64,000 nt of DNA from Octopus sinensis. Its lineage: Eukaryota. The stretch's first letter is position 1. The number at the start of each line of letters is the position of its first letter. The DNA is taken from contig NC_043010.1 in assembly GCF_006345805.1 (NCBI RefSeq), positions 49,600,001 through 49,664,000 of the forward strand, given 5' to 3'. This document shows positions 36,551-50,164 of the stretch, piece after piece. The notes beneath the pieces are model-generated. The model was not told the DNA's origin. It did no database searches and saw only the letters and a program-made list of their open reading frames with translations. The position numbers and the translations under genes were made by a program.

Positions 36551-38410
36551 TAAACTGAAAGTTAGGGCAATGTGCCTACTTATTTAAAGATAAGCAAAGT
36601 GACAGCCGTAATATTGTTAAATCGAATATTGGAATATTGTTATAACATCATTTAAATACACAATATTCAAGATATTTTGATTAGAAAAAGTTTTTGATGC
36701 TGAAAAATTATTCCGTGCAACAGAAGTATGAGGCATAGAAATGGCCCATCATCATTGTTTTAATGTCTACTTTTCAATGCTTGCATGGGTTAGATGGAAT
36801 TTACTGAGGCAGATTTTCTACTGCTGGATGCTCTTCCTTATGTCAACCCTTACCTGTTTCTGAGTAAGTCAGTATTTCCCCTTGTCTTGACATCACATGT
36901 TTACTGTGAATAAATGACATTCATTTACAACAATCATGTGTAGTAAAGTGAAGGAGAGACAAACATACATTTCCTCACATACATATACATACACATATAT
37001 ATGATAAGCTTCTTTCAGTTTCCATCTATCAAATCTACTCACAAGGCTTTAGTCAGCTCAGGACTACTCATTAGAATTGAACCTGAATTTATGTAGTTGG
37101 GATGCCAGCTTCTTAACCACACATCCACACCTGTACCTATTCAAAGACGTGTTTAATATTTTTTCCTTTGTTCAGATGAAGGAAGAACATTGTATGTAGG
37201 TTACTCTTGACCTAAATGCTATCATTACATGTAGTGTTTCAAGTTAATATCAGCTTTAACATCATTCAGGCTTCGATCATAGAGTGCTTCTACTCATAAA
37301 TAGTTTACAGGTTTAGAAATAATGGGCATCACAATTATTTCTCTTAACAAAAAAGGCTTCTAGTTCGTGAGAATTCAAATAGGGTTGCTGAAAAATAGAT
37401 GAGTAAAATAACAGGATTATATAACAATGATACAAAAGATCATTATTTGAATCTATAAACCAATATCAATATTTGTTTTTATTTTATTATCTTTTAAATC
37501 ATGTATGTAAATTAATCCACCAGCCTCAAGGACTAGTTATGGTAATCTGGTATTCTACTACTCTCCATTGCAATAGAATTCTGCTTAATTGAGATAACAT
37601 CCATATATACCTTTTCCTAACACGCAGGTGAAGTGAGACATAGAGAATCAAATGAATTTCTCTAAAATACAACAAAACCCTTGCAGTGAATTTGAATTTT
37701 AGGTATCTGAATTTGTAGTCCAATATATCTAGTTAGCCAGTTTTGCTTCTAAACCTTTAAAACACATCAATTATTCCTTAAATATTTTTATATGATAACC
37801 ATAAGTGTAACAATAATGTGAATATATACAAATATATGTTTACAAATGAACTGGTACTCATCATTCTCTCTAGTACCCTGACACATAAGGCAAGCTCTCT
37901 AGGAAAAAAGAAAATGATTAGGATTGAAACAATAAATTCTGAATAAAATATGAAATATAATGTACTAGATCCCACAGCAGGACAGAAAAGGAAGACAAAG
38001 CATTAAATGTAATAAATGAAGTGGCATGAATGTTATAGCGTTCTTATATCGTGGAGCTAACACAAAGAATAATTCAGGAGATTCTTGTTTAATGTCAAGA
38101 GTTCACTATGTACTTGATATCAAGGAGAAAAAAATGTGAGTTATGAATATCTGTAAGATACAAGATATATGAGCACAGTATGACAACAGTGAGAGTGAAG
38201 AGAGGAAGTAGATATTTTCCTTTTCAAATGAGTTCTGCCTCCTACAAGCAATTGAGATAAGTTCTCAATGGCCCTTCATAGTTAGTACAAACTGCCCTGG
38301 ACTCTAAATAACTGACTTTGTATAATGCTGTGTACTTATAATGTTCTGTACTTCAGCCCCGTAAATACAAAAGTTAAATTCTGGTTTTCAGCTGAGAACC
38401 TTCAAATGTA

Positions 38411-38718
38411 TCTTTTACTTGTTTCAGTCATTAGACTATGGCTATGCTGTGGCACCACCTGGAGGAATTTTTAGTCAAATGAATTACCCCCAGTACTTGT
38501 ATTTTATTAAACCTGGCACTTGTTCTATCGGTCTCTTTTGCTGAACTGCTAAGTTATGGGGATGTAAACACACACACACACAATGGGCTTCTTTCAGTTT
38601 CCATCTACCAAATCCATTCTCAAGGCTTTGGTCAGCCTGTGGCTATAGTAGAAGACACTTGCCCCTGAGCATGGAACCATGTGGTTAGAAAACAAGGTTT
38701 TTTTATCACACAGCCATG
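38411..38718 (-). mobile_element. Family A SINE
   Basis: tcttttacttgtttcagtcattagact...cacacagccatg. Confidence 0.8.
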
Positions 38719-40857
38719 TCTACGTATCTTGAGTTTTTACCCCTATCTTCTGCAGGCTTGATATTCATATTGTGGTGTAGTCAGTTTAATTGATCGAAGT
38801 ATATATCTAGTGTGTATTTTATAAACACATGGAGAGGTTTGAATTAGAAGCATAAAAGACACAACTAAATACTTCAAGTCATTTAATCTATTTCTGCCAC
38901 TCTCCACTTTACCTAAACTAAATATTGATTTATTTTAGCTAGACACAATACTAACTTTTGTATGGGAAAAATGCAGCTGATTAAATCTGTCCCACTCACT
39001 ACATTACTGATAATTTAATAAAGGCAAAGTTAGCCAAATGAGGATTGAAATTAGATTGCAAAGGATGAAATTGAACGTTGTAATACATCTGGACTGATGA
39101 TCTATGCAACTCACTGCTCTTTTAAACTAAATATTAAAGATTTTGATTATAAATATTGTGCATTGAAATCTCTGAAGATTATTATAAATATAAAACTCTC
39201 TACCACAATGTAAATTGGAGGCTTAGGTCAAAGCAAACCATTGCTGAACAGAATTCTAATTAGCATGTAATTAAAAACAAAATTATTTACAGTTTATTAG
39301 TTTGGAATACCAAAACTGTTCTTCTGTTATGTTATTGGTGGATGCACAATGTTGGCAATAGGAAGCTATCCAGATGTAAAATCTCAGCCAAAACCAATAA
39401 GCGAAATAGCAGAACTTAAAATACTACTGCTACTGCATTAGCAGAAATGGCGAATATCATGCTGATGCTGTGTATAGTAGAGCTGGTATCCAGTAGGAGT
39501 AACGGCTGCATATTATCAACCACTTTCATTGTTCGTTTCTGTTATTTATCTCCAGGTAAGCTAGAATTGATATAGGAGTAATAATCAAGACTTGAAAGGT
39601 AGGCAGATATGATGTGATCTGATGGAAAGACTGCTACATATTAAAGTTGTTGGCTTTTAATATGCACAAGTATTGAAGATAGATGACTTCGTTTGTAGGA
39701 TCATAGAATGAAAGAAGGTGATCTGTCCTGGCTTAAAATAAGCTACAAGCAGAGACTGATAAAAATGAAAAAAGACCTGGTGAAAGAGTAGCTCCAGTGG
39801 ATCTTAGAAAAATGAAGCTTTTTCTAACAAGATGATATAAGGCTGTAACAGGAGAATAATGTTATACTAACATACTTATTCAACCCCCACTAGGATAGTA
39901 AATAAATACAAAATCAATGAAAATAATAAGGATGCATGAAGTTAATACTAATGATTGTTCAAATCGGTGAACAGTGGAGTAGATTAGTAACTAAGTGGCT
40001 ATTTGAGTATTTGTGTACTAATCAGGTGCAGTAATAACTAAACTTTATCAGATTAAAATATTTAATATTGATTTTCAGCTTAAAATATAATATATGAAAT
40101 AATATGTGCAATAATATCAGTTTTGGAGTATGTGAAGTATTGAAAGGCAAGATGATAATTACATATGAGAGAAATTGGCAGATTTATCTTATTTTATGCT
40201 TCACTAGGTGCCAACATTTTTTTATATATCATTTTTTTTTTGTTGATTTGACGAGATATTATCTTTGGATGAAAAGGTACTCTGGTTTTTATAACCCCTA
40301 TTTGTATAAACCCTAATTTTTTTTGTTTTATCTCTTAATTCATTGATAAAGCTACATAATATAAATAAATAATTTGATATTTTTTACATGGAACAATGTA
40401 TGCTAGAGGTGTGCATGAATGTGAGGAGGGAAAGAAAGTGCTGCTCAATTAATTTCTTCATCTCTGGTGGCTTTAGCATTATCAAGTTTCCTGAAAGAAG
40501 ATTTGCATTAGGAGGATGTGAGAGTAAATTGCTTTTGGGAGTTGTGATTGAAAGGTTTTCCATTTGTTGTGCAAGTGTGAGTGCGTGCATGTGTGTCAAA
40601 GCCAACATTTCACACATCTTATTCAAATATTACAAGCCTTAGCATCCTTCTGTCTTATTGTATATTGTTACACTCAGCCTTTCCATTCTAAGACTTATAG
40701 ATTTCTCACCTGATTTTCTCGAGTCAATCAAAGAGGAACTTGCATTCTTCAGTATCTAGTTACAATGTTCTTTACCCTCCCTCTCTAATATACCTGAACG
40801 CACACACACACATATATGTATACATTTCTGTCTCTTTTATATATTGATCCATCTTTG

Positions 40858-40891
<34 letters not shown>

Positions 40892-41249
40892 CACTCTAAT
40901 AAGATTGGATTCCCTTTGAAATAGTCTCACCTTTCTGTGTTACCTTATTCTCCATCTTTTTTTGTGAGTATGCAATATTTGTGTTTGTGTGTGTTTGCAT
41001 TTGTGAGCATGCACACACAATATGTATTCAAATTTTTACATTATGTGTGGAAGAGTTTTTCTTTTTAATGTTTAATCAAGTGAAATTTTTATCTTCTAAT
41101 CTCTGTTCAGTATTAAAATTTTAACTTTTTATTGTGGCTTCTTGAAACATTCAGAGAAATTTTGAATGTTGCCAGCTATTTTGAATCCAGGCTTAGATGG
41201 TCTATTTGTTTAATATCTGAGTTTATGGTAGGAATAGAACCACTAACAA

Positions 41250-41745
41250 TATCAGAAACTAAGAGATGTATAATTCATGCTGGAGCATTGCCTTGCAGGA
41301 TTTTAGTCAAAGAAACAACTCCAGTACTTAGTTTTCAAAGTCTGGTATTTATTCTAACTCGTCTTTTTTTGCTGGATATAAATTAACCAACACCAGTTGT
41401 GGACACACGCACGCACACATGCACGCACGCACACACCACACACACACAGGGAGAATTCACAAAAAAGACAAAGACAGGTGGTGTAGACAACAGACAGATG
41501 TGTTAGTATAACGCTCAAGAAGTGAAAAAGTCTTTAATGTTTCAAGCCTACACTCTTCCACAGAAAGGAATACAGAAAGAAACAAGGAGATGGGCTTCCA
41601 CACAGTTTCTGTTTACCCAGATTCACTCACAAGGCATTGGTTAACCCAGGGCTATAGAAGAAGTACACTTGCCCAAGTTGCTGTGCAGTGAAACTGCACT
41701 TGAAACCATGTGGTTGCAAAATGAGCTTCTTAACAACACATCCTT
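41250..41745 (-). mobile_element. Family A SINE with a nested Penelope-like terminal fragment (~41450-41590)
   Basis: SINE halves flank gggagaattcac...gtttcaagcctacactcttccacagaaagg, which carries a hammerhead-like relic on the minus strand. The Penelope assignment is recalled/inferred. Confidence 0.6.
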
Positions 41746-43711
41746 ACTTGTACAGGTGAAAAAGTCAGAGTTAATGAAAAATTTAATTTTGAATTAGTAT
41801 TTGTTTTTTTATTAAAAAAAAAAACAACCTCCCATGCACATGTGCAAGTATGTTTTTGGGTTTTTTTTAAATACAATAAATACAAGTCAATTTTCTCAAT
41901 ACCTGTTGTAGTGCAATGGCTATGAGATTAAGTTGTTAAGTGTAACAATCTTATTGTCATGAGTGACAGTTTATCTGACAAGACAAATTCCTCTCCTATT
42001 TTGTTGCTGTTGCTTAATCCCAAGTCAGCTTTGACTGAGCAGATTTATAAACAAAGTGACTAACATGTATATCTCAGACAACCTTATCTTGTGCATCCTT
42101 CCTTTCTTTTTAAGACAGTAAGAAATGGATGCTATTTCAAGCAGACCAGGCTTCCTCATTGGCTTGTCTACTTAGTTGTTAAGTGGTTAGCTGTATGAAA
42201 GATATCTAAGCTGTAAGCAAAACATTGTTTGAATACATAACATCTTATTCATACTAACATCCTACAGATTCTTCTCCATACTGTTAATATAGAAGAACTG
42301 CATGTTTTAGACATCCTCAATCCAAAGTTGCTACTGTCCTCCCTGTGCTAGTAGAGGAAAAATGCATATAGATCATCCCACAGTTAACTTAAGCATGACA
42401 TGACATCAGCTGAAGTATGAAGGATGAAATTTCTATTTGATAATTGTTGCAATAATTTCATCCTTTAACAAGAGGCACTGAGATGTTGGAGACAGGGGGA
42501 AATAAGATTGTAGAATCTATGCTTTTTGTTTCATAAATGAAGCCATTCCAACAGTGAATTTTAACTAAGTTGTGAAATCATTCTTTTGGTGCAGGTAATA
42601 TTTTCTATTACTTGGCACAGACATGGCTGTGTAGTAAAAAGTTTGCTTCCTAACCACATGGTTTTGGGTTCAGTCTCAATGGGTGGAACCTTGGACAAGG
42701 GTCCTCTGCTATAACCCTGAGCTGTGATTTTGGTAGATAGAAACTGAAAATATGTATGTGTGTGTTACTATCTTCTTACCTTGAAATACGTATGTGTGTG
42801 TTACTATCTTCTTACCTTGAATTTATGTGATAGTTGTAAATGAGCGTTACCATCATGCAAGCAGTGTCTTCCGTTTCCAGTCTTCCATGGAATCCTGTCT
42901 GGTCATGAGGAAACACTCTACATGAAACCAGGTGGAGGTGCTATTACAGGAAGTGCATACAGCTATAAAAAAAATCTGCCTCAACAAATCCGGTCCAATT
43001 TATGTGAACATAGAAAAGTGGATGTTAAAATGATGATGATGACTTCAAAGCTTTTATGACAAACCCACAATAATAATAGTTACCGTAGATAATGATTCTA
43101 AATAATTATAATTAAAATAATCTTCAATCATATTTTATGGATGGAATGCTATTTTAATTATAGTAATAACACTGAATTCCTATGCTAAAACACAATACCT
43201 TCAAATTTTTATGAGAAAGGAAATGGAATGCTGTGTTGTTTGTATTTTTCCTCACAGTGTGAGTGTTGTGAGTGAAGTGAGATATTATCATCTAGGAATG
43301 AAAACTGCACCACATTCTTGGCTTCATGTGAGCTTATACTGTGTACTGTCAAAATAGTTAAAATATTGCTAGATGTCATATAGATAAGAAAGAACAACAC
43401 AGCATAAGTTCAATTGTTCATTGTAGAATAAATTTAGTCTGGTACATGATGATGGTTGTCTAATTGTTAGATGAGCATCACCATTGTTTGATAGCTAAGT
43501 CTCAGCTATGCTTGTGTAAGAGTTTTGAGATAAATGTGGCTTGCACAACATCACAATGACTCTCACTAGGAATACCAAAAACCCCAGAGATATGCAAAAT
43601 ATCTGGTTCAGTAGAAAAATAGGTTTTATATATGAGTTAGCCTCCCCTTAGTGGGATGCCTTAACAAAGACCAAGAGTCTCCTCAAGCACACACACACAC
43701 ACACACACACA

Positions 43712-45083
43712 CAGGATTGGACAAGCTAATGGAATTTTTATTATTTAGTACAGAGTTTGTCCACCTTTGGCATCAGTCACAAGAAATTAACTTGTAATGG
43801 TCCTGAGCAGTTCTTGGGGAATTTTGAGGCATTGTTCAATTATAACCTGCTTTAACTCTTTCAGTGACAATGGCTGAGGGAAGCAGCTCCTCACTTGCTG
43901 CTCCAAAATACATGATAAATGTTCAGTTATATTGAGATCCAGTGGTTGTCAGGGACAGTCCAAGTGGTTTACTTCACTTTTATGCTCTTCATACCAATTT
44001 TGGAAAATGGGTGATAAATGATGATGATGATTAGCCATGTGAATTGGAACATTATCATTTTGGAAGATTGTGGTACCATCAGAGAGCAGTGCTTTGCCAT
44101 AGGATGGACATGATTAGCCCAAATGTTTAGGTATTCATTGTGTTGACTCAACTAAAGAGCCAAGAGAATTCCGTCATCACAGAGCCAAACAGTCAGAGAT
44201 AAAGGCTTCTTTATGCTGTCTCCAGGCATAAATTCACCCCAGAGTGGGGAATGATGATTCATCAGAAAAGATGACATTGTTTCATTGAGCAAATGATGAC
44301 TTTTGAAAGTCTAGTCAACATTTTCTCCACTTACCAGTGTTGATGGTTGACAGGGTACCACCTATGGTATCCAGTTTTATGAAACTTGTGATGAATAGTT
44401 TTGATTGACATAAGACAGGCATGGTCATGGTTTAGCTTTGCTGTTGCTTTTGTTACCATAGTTTGATGGCTTTTAGACACAGTGGTTCTGCAGTAAGCTC
44501 CATGAGCTTAGCTTCCCATCCAGAATTATGCTTGCCAGAGCTGGTTTTACTTTGGTTTTGGGGTGCCAGCATGATTTTTAAAGCCTTTAGCATTCAGGTT
44601 TCTTTGACAGATGTATTGCTTATTTATTCACATTGTTTTGAATTAATCATGCATTATGTTGTAGCTTCAAGATTTCAATGGTGTGTTTGTATATTTTTAG
44701 AATGACATTGCAGGGTTGATGTGAGAGGTTGTATCTAGTCAGTTTTAATATAAAACAAGTAGAATTTTTGAGCTGGATATGGCCAGATTAGATGTTAATG
44801 GGTTAAACAATTCAGTAGTTTTAGTTACTGAAGCTCCAGCCATCCACACCCTAGCAATTTGTCCTCTTTGGAAATCACATAGGCTGTGTATTTTAACTTA
44901 TTTAAATATAAATAATATACAAAAAAAATATTTGAAAAAAAAAAACATACTATATACCATGAAGTGCAAGGCAAACATTATACATATGAACTCATATATA
45001 CAGACTAGAAATTTTGAATTTGTCATATTGGCAATAGAAAACATAAATAAATATATCTCATTGCTATTATTTTGTCCATCCCA
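43712..45083 (-). mobile_element. Decayed Tc1-family (DD34E) transposon with a nested MITE
   Basis: Minus-strand pieces in order: DFQRGQIARVWMAGASVTKTTELF, TIHHKFHKTGYH, NNVIFSDESSF, FQNWYEEHKSEVNHLDCP*QPLDLNITE, ILEQQVRSCFPQPLSLKELKQVIIEQCLKIP. Degenerate TIRs caggattggacaagctaatgg and ctattattttgtccatccc. Confidence 0.85.
44582..44802 (+). mobile_element. piggyBac-type MITE family 1 inside the Tc1 ORF
   Basis: TTAA at 44578-81 and 44803-06. It splits the Tc1 N-terminus. Confidence 0.8.
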
Positions 45084-45093
45084 CCACTCTGTT

Positions 45094-45128
<35 letters not shown>

Positions 45129-45621
45129 ATTTATATATATATATAAACCATAAAGTCAGGTAGTGCAATATGGATTTTTTCCCCATTTGACTTCCATATG
45201 ATTGCAGCCATTTCATAACCTTCATCATATAGTATCATTAATTCCAGTATGCAAAATTACATATATATCTATATATAGTGACTGTTTGCCTGTTGCAGAG
45301 TTTGACCTCTTCTTGCACCTGTAATTGCTCTTTCCTGGCATGAGATCTTAAATGATTTTCGAGCCCTGAAAGGCATTAGAGATCTACTCACAAATACAGC
45401 AGCAATGTCTCATTTTTGCATTGGCTCCATTTTCCACTTGTTTATTTTGATTAATGTTCAAGTGCTGCCTCATTCACCTGTGTGATTGAAAAAAAAAAAG
45501 CTCTCTATGTGCGTGTGTGTGTACATGCATTGTATGTATGTGTGTGTGAATGACTTGCTCACTCTCCCTACATGCACACAAAGAGAGCAGAAATGATAAA
45601 TAATACATATAACTGACTTAA

Positions 45622-45838
45622 CCATTTAGCATTTAAACCAGTCATATCCAGGCCATATATTCTACATGTTTTATGTTCAGACTAGCCAGATCCAGCCTCC
45701 CACATCAGCCTTACACTGTCATTCAAAAATAAACAATCACATCATCAAAATCTCAAAGCTACAAGATAATGCATGCTTAATCCAAAACAATGTGAATAAA
45801 TAAGAACTACATTTCACAGTGACCTGAATGCTAAAGAG
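45622..45838 (-). mobile_element. piggyBac-type MITE family 1
   Basis: Reverse-complement copy, with TTAA at 45618-21. Confidence 0.75.
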
Positions 45839-46299
45839 TTACGATGTAAATTACAGCTTCTTTCAAATCTCAACAAATTTAACTTTCAAAGATTTGTCCT
45901 CTGAGTCATATATAAATCATGCCGCGTCAGGTGGGATATCAAAATCCAAGAAATATTTTATACACACAGTAGCTGAAAATTATGTTTTTTCAGTTTCTAC
46001 TATTGTTACAATGTGATTATGTGTGGATATTCAAGTGACATAGCTGAAGAGGCACCTCGCTCAATGTTTTATATCTGGCTTAGTATGACCAATTTTGGCA
46101 ATGAAATTTCACCTTCTTCTGCTGTCACTAATAACATATCAAGTTGGCCCCATCATTTATAAAATAAGCCTTCTATCCAGTTATAAGTAATCATTGTAAG
46201 CAATACTCTTTATTCCAATTTCTTCTTCTTCCAAATTCAAAAATAATCAGAATATTAATATATAGAGTTTCTATTTACCAGTTAAGTCTGGCAGAAGGG

Positions 46300-48170
46300 A
46301 ATGTTTCCATGGCCTTTGGGATTGATGCTATTAGGATTTCATATATGCTGTTGCAAGTCTAACAGCTGCTAGAAAGACATGTGGGGAGAGGAATTTCAGA
46401 TAGCTGACATTCTGCCGAGAAAGTAATTGACATAGTAAGTAGTGTGGGACCTGGTGTGTTGGATACAATATGGATAATTAAAGGAGGGAAGGCAAGTGAG
46501 TCAAGAGTACTTGAGTAGCAGTGGTATGAGACCTGCCATGTCCAAGGAGCAGGTGTTGTAGCAGCTTTAGAAAAGAGAGAGAGGTGGGGAAGAGACAGCA
46601 CACTTATGGGTCAGAGGTTAGAATGTGAGTGACTTCATCATGCCAGTCAGTTGAGTAGCTTTTTCTGAGTGCAGTTTTTGGATGCTTGTGTGTACTGCAG
46701 TAGCACTATCCAGATATGGGGACAGTACTTTGTGTGTCTCACCTGAGCTTTTTACAGAGTTAAAGTTGTTCAGAAGGCTAAAGTATTTTGTGGCATCTCA
46801 TAATAGAGGTCTGACATTTGAATTAATTGCAATGGTTCAAGTTGCATGTTGCTCATATCTAAGGAGGGTAAGGTACAATGATGTTTTTTGACTGTTGAAG
46901 GAGATAAGATTGGCATGACCTCATTGTAGAATGTTTCCAAGACCACTGTTCATGGAGGGAGAGCAGATTCAGCACAAAGGATTTAGACTGCGTGTGGATG
47001 ACACCTGGGGATGATAAGTTAGGGAGGAATAAAGGATTGTATTTTCTGTGTAAGAGGGAGCATTGTTGGCGGTAATAGTAAGGAGATTGTTGAAAAGTGG
47101 TGGGGGTAGGGGTGGAGAAAACAAAACCTGCAGTGCACCAGATTTGATTGTATGGGTTGGAGAGAGAGAGAGAGCTTCATCAGCACACACTTTAATAAAG
47201 TGATGTGACAAGAAACCACAGATCCAATAACTGAGAGGTGGATGGTTTTGACAGGAGATTTTGCATTCCAAGCATGACCAAAAGTTTTACTGATGTTAAG
47301 GGCAATAACATTGCTTTCAGCAAATAAATCTTAGATGAGATCCCACTGGTAAGTGACATTGGAGATTAGATTCCTTGTAGATCTGGTTTTACAAAAGTCA
47401 TTAACAAGGGAGAGAGATTCAAAGTGTTGGAGAATGTTGTTGTTGAAGACTGCTTTCATTATCTTTGAGATCCTGAAAGTGTTTGAGGGAAGATGATAGC
47501 TGACAAGATCAGAAAGACTGGAAAAGAGACATTGATGCATGTTTCCAGAATTGGGGTGCATAGTTTGAGGGTAATGAAAGGGAATTGTCAGTGTTTGTGG
47601 CCTTGCTGGTTCAAAGTAACCAGAGATGTTTTTGCATTTGACATGCATATGTGCATGGTGGTGAGTAATCTGGAGTTGGATACTAAGTAGGCAGGGAAGC
47701 TGGTGACTTTCTTTATAGAAGTATTACTCAGAGAATCACTTTAGCCTAGATGTGGAGGGAAAAAGAATTCACAAAATTGGTAGAGAGTCTTATGGCTAGG
47801 GATTGATTGGCTTTTGTTTGAGAGCAGGAGAGTTTAACGGCTGTGTGATGTATGGAGGCATTTTTCATAGGCTGGATGCTAGTGTTGCAGGAGTTTCACT
47901 GTTGGGTAAGATCTGGTTAGTTTGTAAGGCTGGGTACTTTTTACAAAGGTTTGCAAGCCTGCAATTTTTTACTTGATCTGCTGTAGTACAACTTGGGGTA
48001 CTGTGAACTATGACTTTTGGTTGTGTGAAGCACATGTTTTGTTGTGGAGGGATATGCACATGAGGAAAGTTTCAGTCACTCATGTAGCCTTTTCTAATGG
48101 GTCAGGATTGAAGCACATGCCAAGGATATTTAGCACAGAACTTGTTGCACAATATCTTGCAATTTAAATA
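46300..48170 (-). mobile_element. Degenerate CR1/L2/Jockey-group LINE ORF2 (reverse transcriptase and C-terminus)
   Basis: Minus-strand pieces ISKIMKAVFNNNILQHFESLSLVND, IKSGALQVLFSPP...FNNLL (compare GVPQGSVLSP), SYTEN (compare YADD) and terminal WNSLPTHVFP-like sequence, in collinear order. Many frameshifts. Confidence 0.75.
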
Positions 48171-49884
48171 ATAAAAATCTTAAAATGTCTAGAATTCCAA
48201 AATTTTTATTCAACATAGTCTTCCATTTAAATGTCTATAACTCTGAAATATTTATCCGATAGTGTCTTCCATTTAAAAATATAGAGGTTAATGGCAGTTA
48301 CACAGTAGAAATGTATCTGATTCAGAAATTCTTTCCTTTGTACTATTGTTGATGGTTTTACAATGTAAATGATATTGTAGTGGTTTTGAATATGTGTCTC
48401 AAATGGGCTATTGTACTTCATCAATTGAAATGACCATTAGAGAAAAGTTTTGAAAATTAAGATGAAAGTGTTATCTAGAATGGATACAATGATTAGACAA
48501 ATAGAAAGAAAAATTATTATGGCAGATTTTAAATGGCCAGGTGTGAAAGGTTTTGATTTCATTTTTGTTATGGCATTTCATTGTATCATTGAACAAAACT
48601 TATTTCTATATTCTGTTATTGTTTAGTCATAGAACAGCCCTGATCTTATAACAAAAACATTCCATCTGTTGGCCATCTTGCCTTTTTGAGCACCAAGCAT
48701 TACATTGTCCAATGTGTCTTTGTTTTTTTTTTTGTTTTTTTGGAGATAGTGAGATATTGTATGAGGGTGATTAGGCTATTGTATCTAGCAGGCCATGTGA
48801 GTGGTTAAGCCCTCTAGTGAACCTGTGTTTATACAAGGTTTCAAGTACAAAAACAGCAACAACAAAAACAAAACAAAGTACAAGATAACAATTTTACACT
48901 ATAAGGAAGGAACAGAGAAGAGTTCAGTGTTTCTGACTATGGTCCTTCATTGTGAAAAAATAGAAGAGAGAAAAAAAGGGAAAAGAGGAACAGAATATTT
49001 TATGGGAAGTAATGCTTTTATAATGAATGCCACATTCTTTCAATATGTAGATTTTAAATGGTCAAGTATGGAAGACTCTAATTTGGGATGATGGTGGTCT
49101 TCATTCTAATTACTTGTTATGGCATTTCATTATATAAGTAAATGATTATCTAAAAAGGTTACCCTAACAAACAAGTAACTTTATATTACCCTATAAGTTT
49201 GTATTCCACCCATAATACTCTACCACAGACTTGAAAATTAATAGTCAGTCTGAACACATCCAGTCTTCATGAGAAGCTAAATTAAATTAAAAGACAATTG
49301 GTATACAAACTATTATTATCATGATAGATAAAGATCAATTAAAGTTTGTTTTTTAAAGCATACTTTCTGAAAGTACAATACTATTGTTTAATACAAGCTA
49401 TTTTGTTCAGCATTTTTTTCTTTTTAAGTAAATGTTCCACACATTTAAGTAGTTACAGAAATTATTAAAGTCAATGTTTTATTGCAGAGTAAGCTTCCTA
49501 TTGTTGGGTAAACAGTAGTATATACCTTTACTGTGGTTGTTAGAACTGAAGTAATGTGCTTTTATTTAATAGCATACACACTCTAGAAATAGCAGTATTA
49601 CATTTATTGCTCCTTTGGTCAGTAATTGGAAAGTTAAATGTTTGAGAGGCAAGTTTTCTATTAAATTCCATTACTTGTGTTATAAGTAATCAATTGATAC
49701 TATTTATAATTGAGAAGAAAGGCAACGATATTGCATCCAATGTTCAGTGCTACAATGTTTGTGTGTAGATTATTTATTTTGCTGTTATCATCTCTTCACA
49801 GAGGAGCAAGACTCAGTGTTCTGCTAAATTCCCTTTGTAGCTTATGTATAAGAACCTTGTTTGTGTTTTTTTTATTTAGTTGTC

Positions 49885-50130
49885 TTGCAATGCTCCTCGA
49901 CACATCATCAGAGATGTTACCTGGGGTCATTGGATGTTTCAGGTCTTTCAGCAGCCAGACACTCTTGCTCAGGCAACCAGCTGGGTTAACCAAGCACCAG
50001 TTTGTACCCAGTTAGCTGTACTCCATCCATAGATTTTACACCTTCTGATCCACAGCCACTTCAGTTGCCTCTGTAGCTAACTTGATGGCCTTCCCTCTGC
50101 TGTTTGGTTATATTGATGAAAATTTCAGTC
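49885..50130 (-). mobile_element. 3' end of a Hero-like (R2-group, REL endonuclease) LINE
   Basis: RGKAIKLATEATE.../KWLWIRR followed by gacctgaaacatccaatgaccccaggtaacatctctgatgatgtgtc, resembling recalled Hero C-terminus and 3' UTR. Confidence 0.55.
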
Positions 50131-50164
50131 TACTATTTATTGCTTCAATCAGTTATATTATTTC

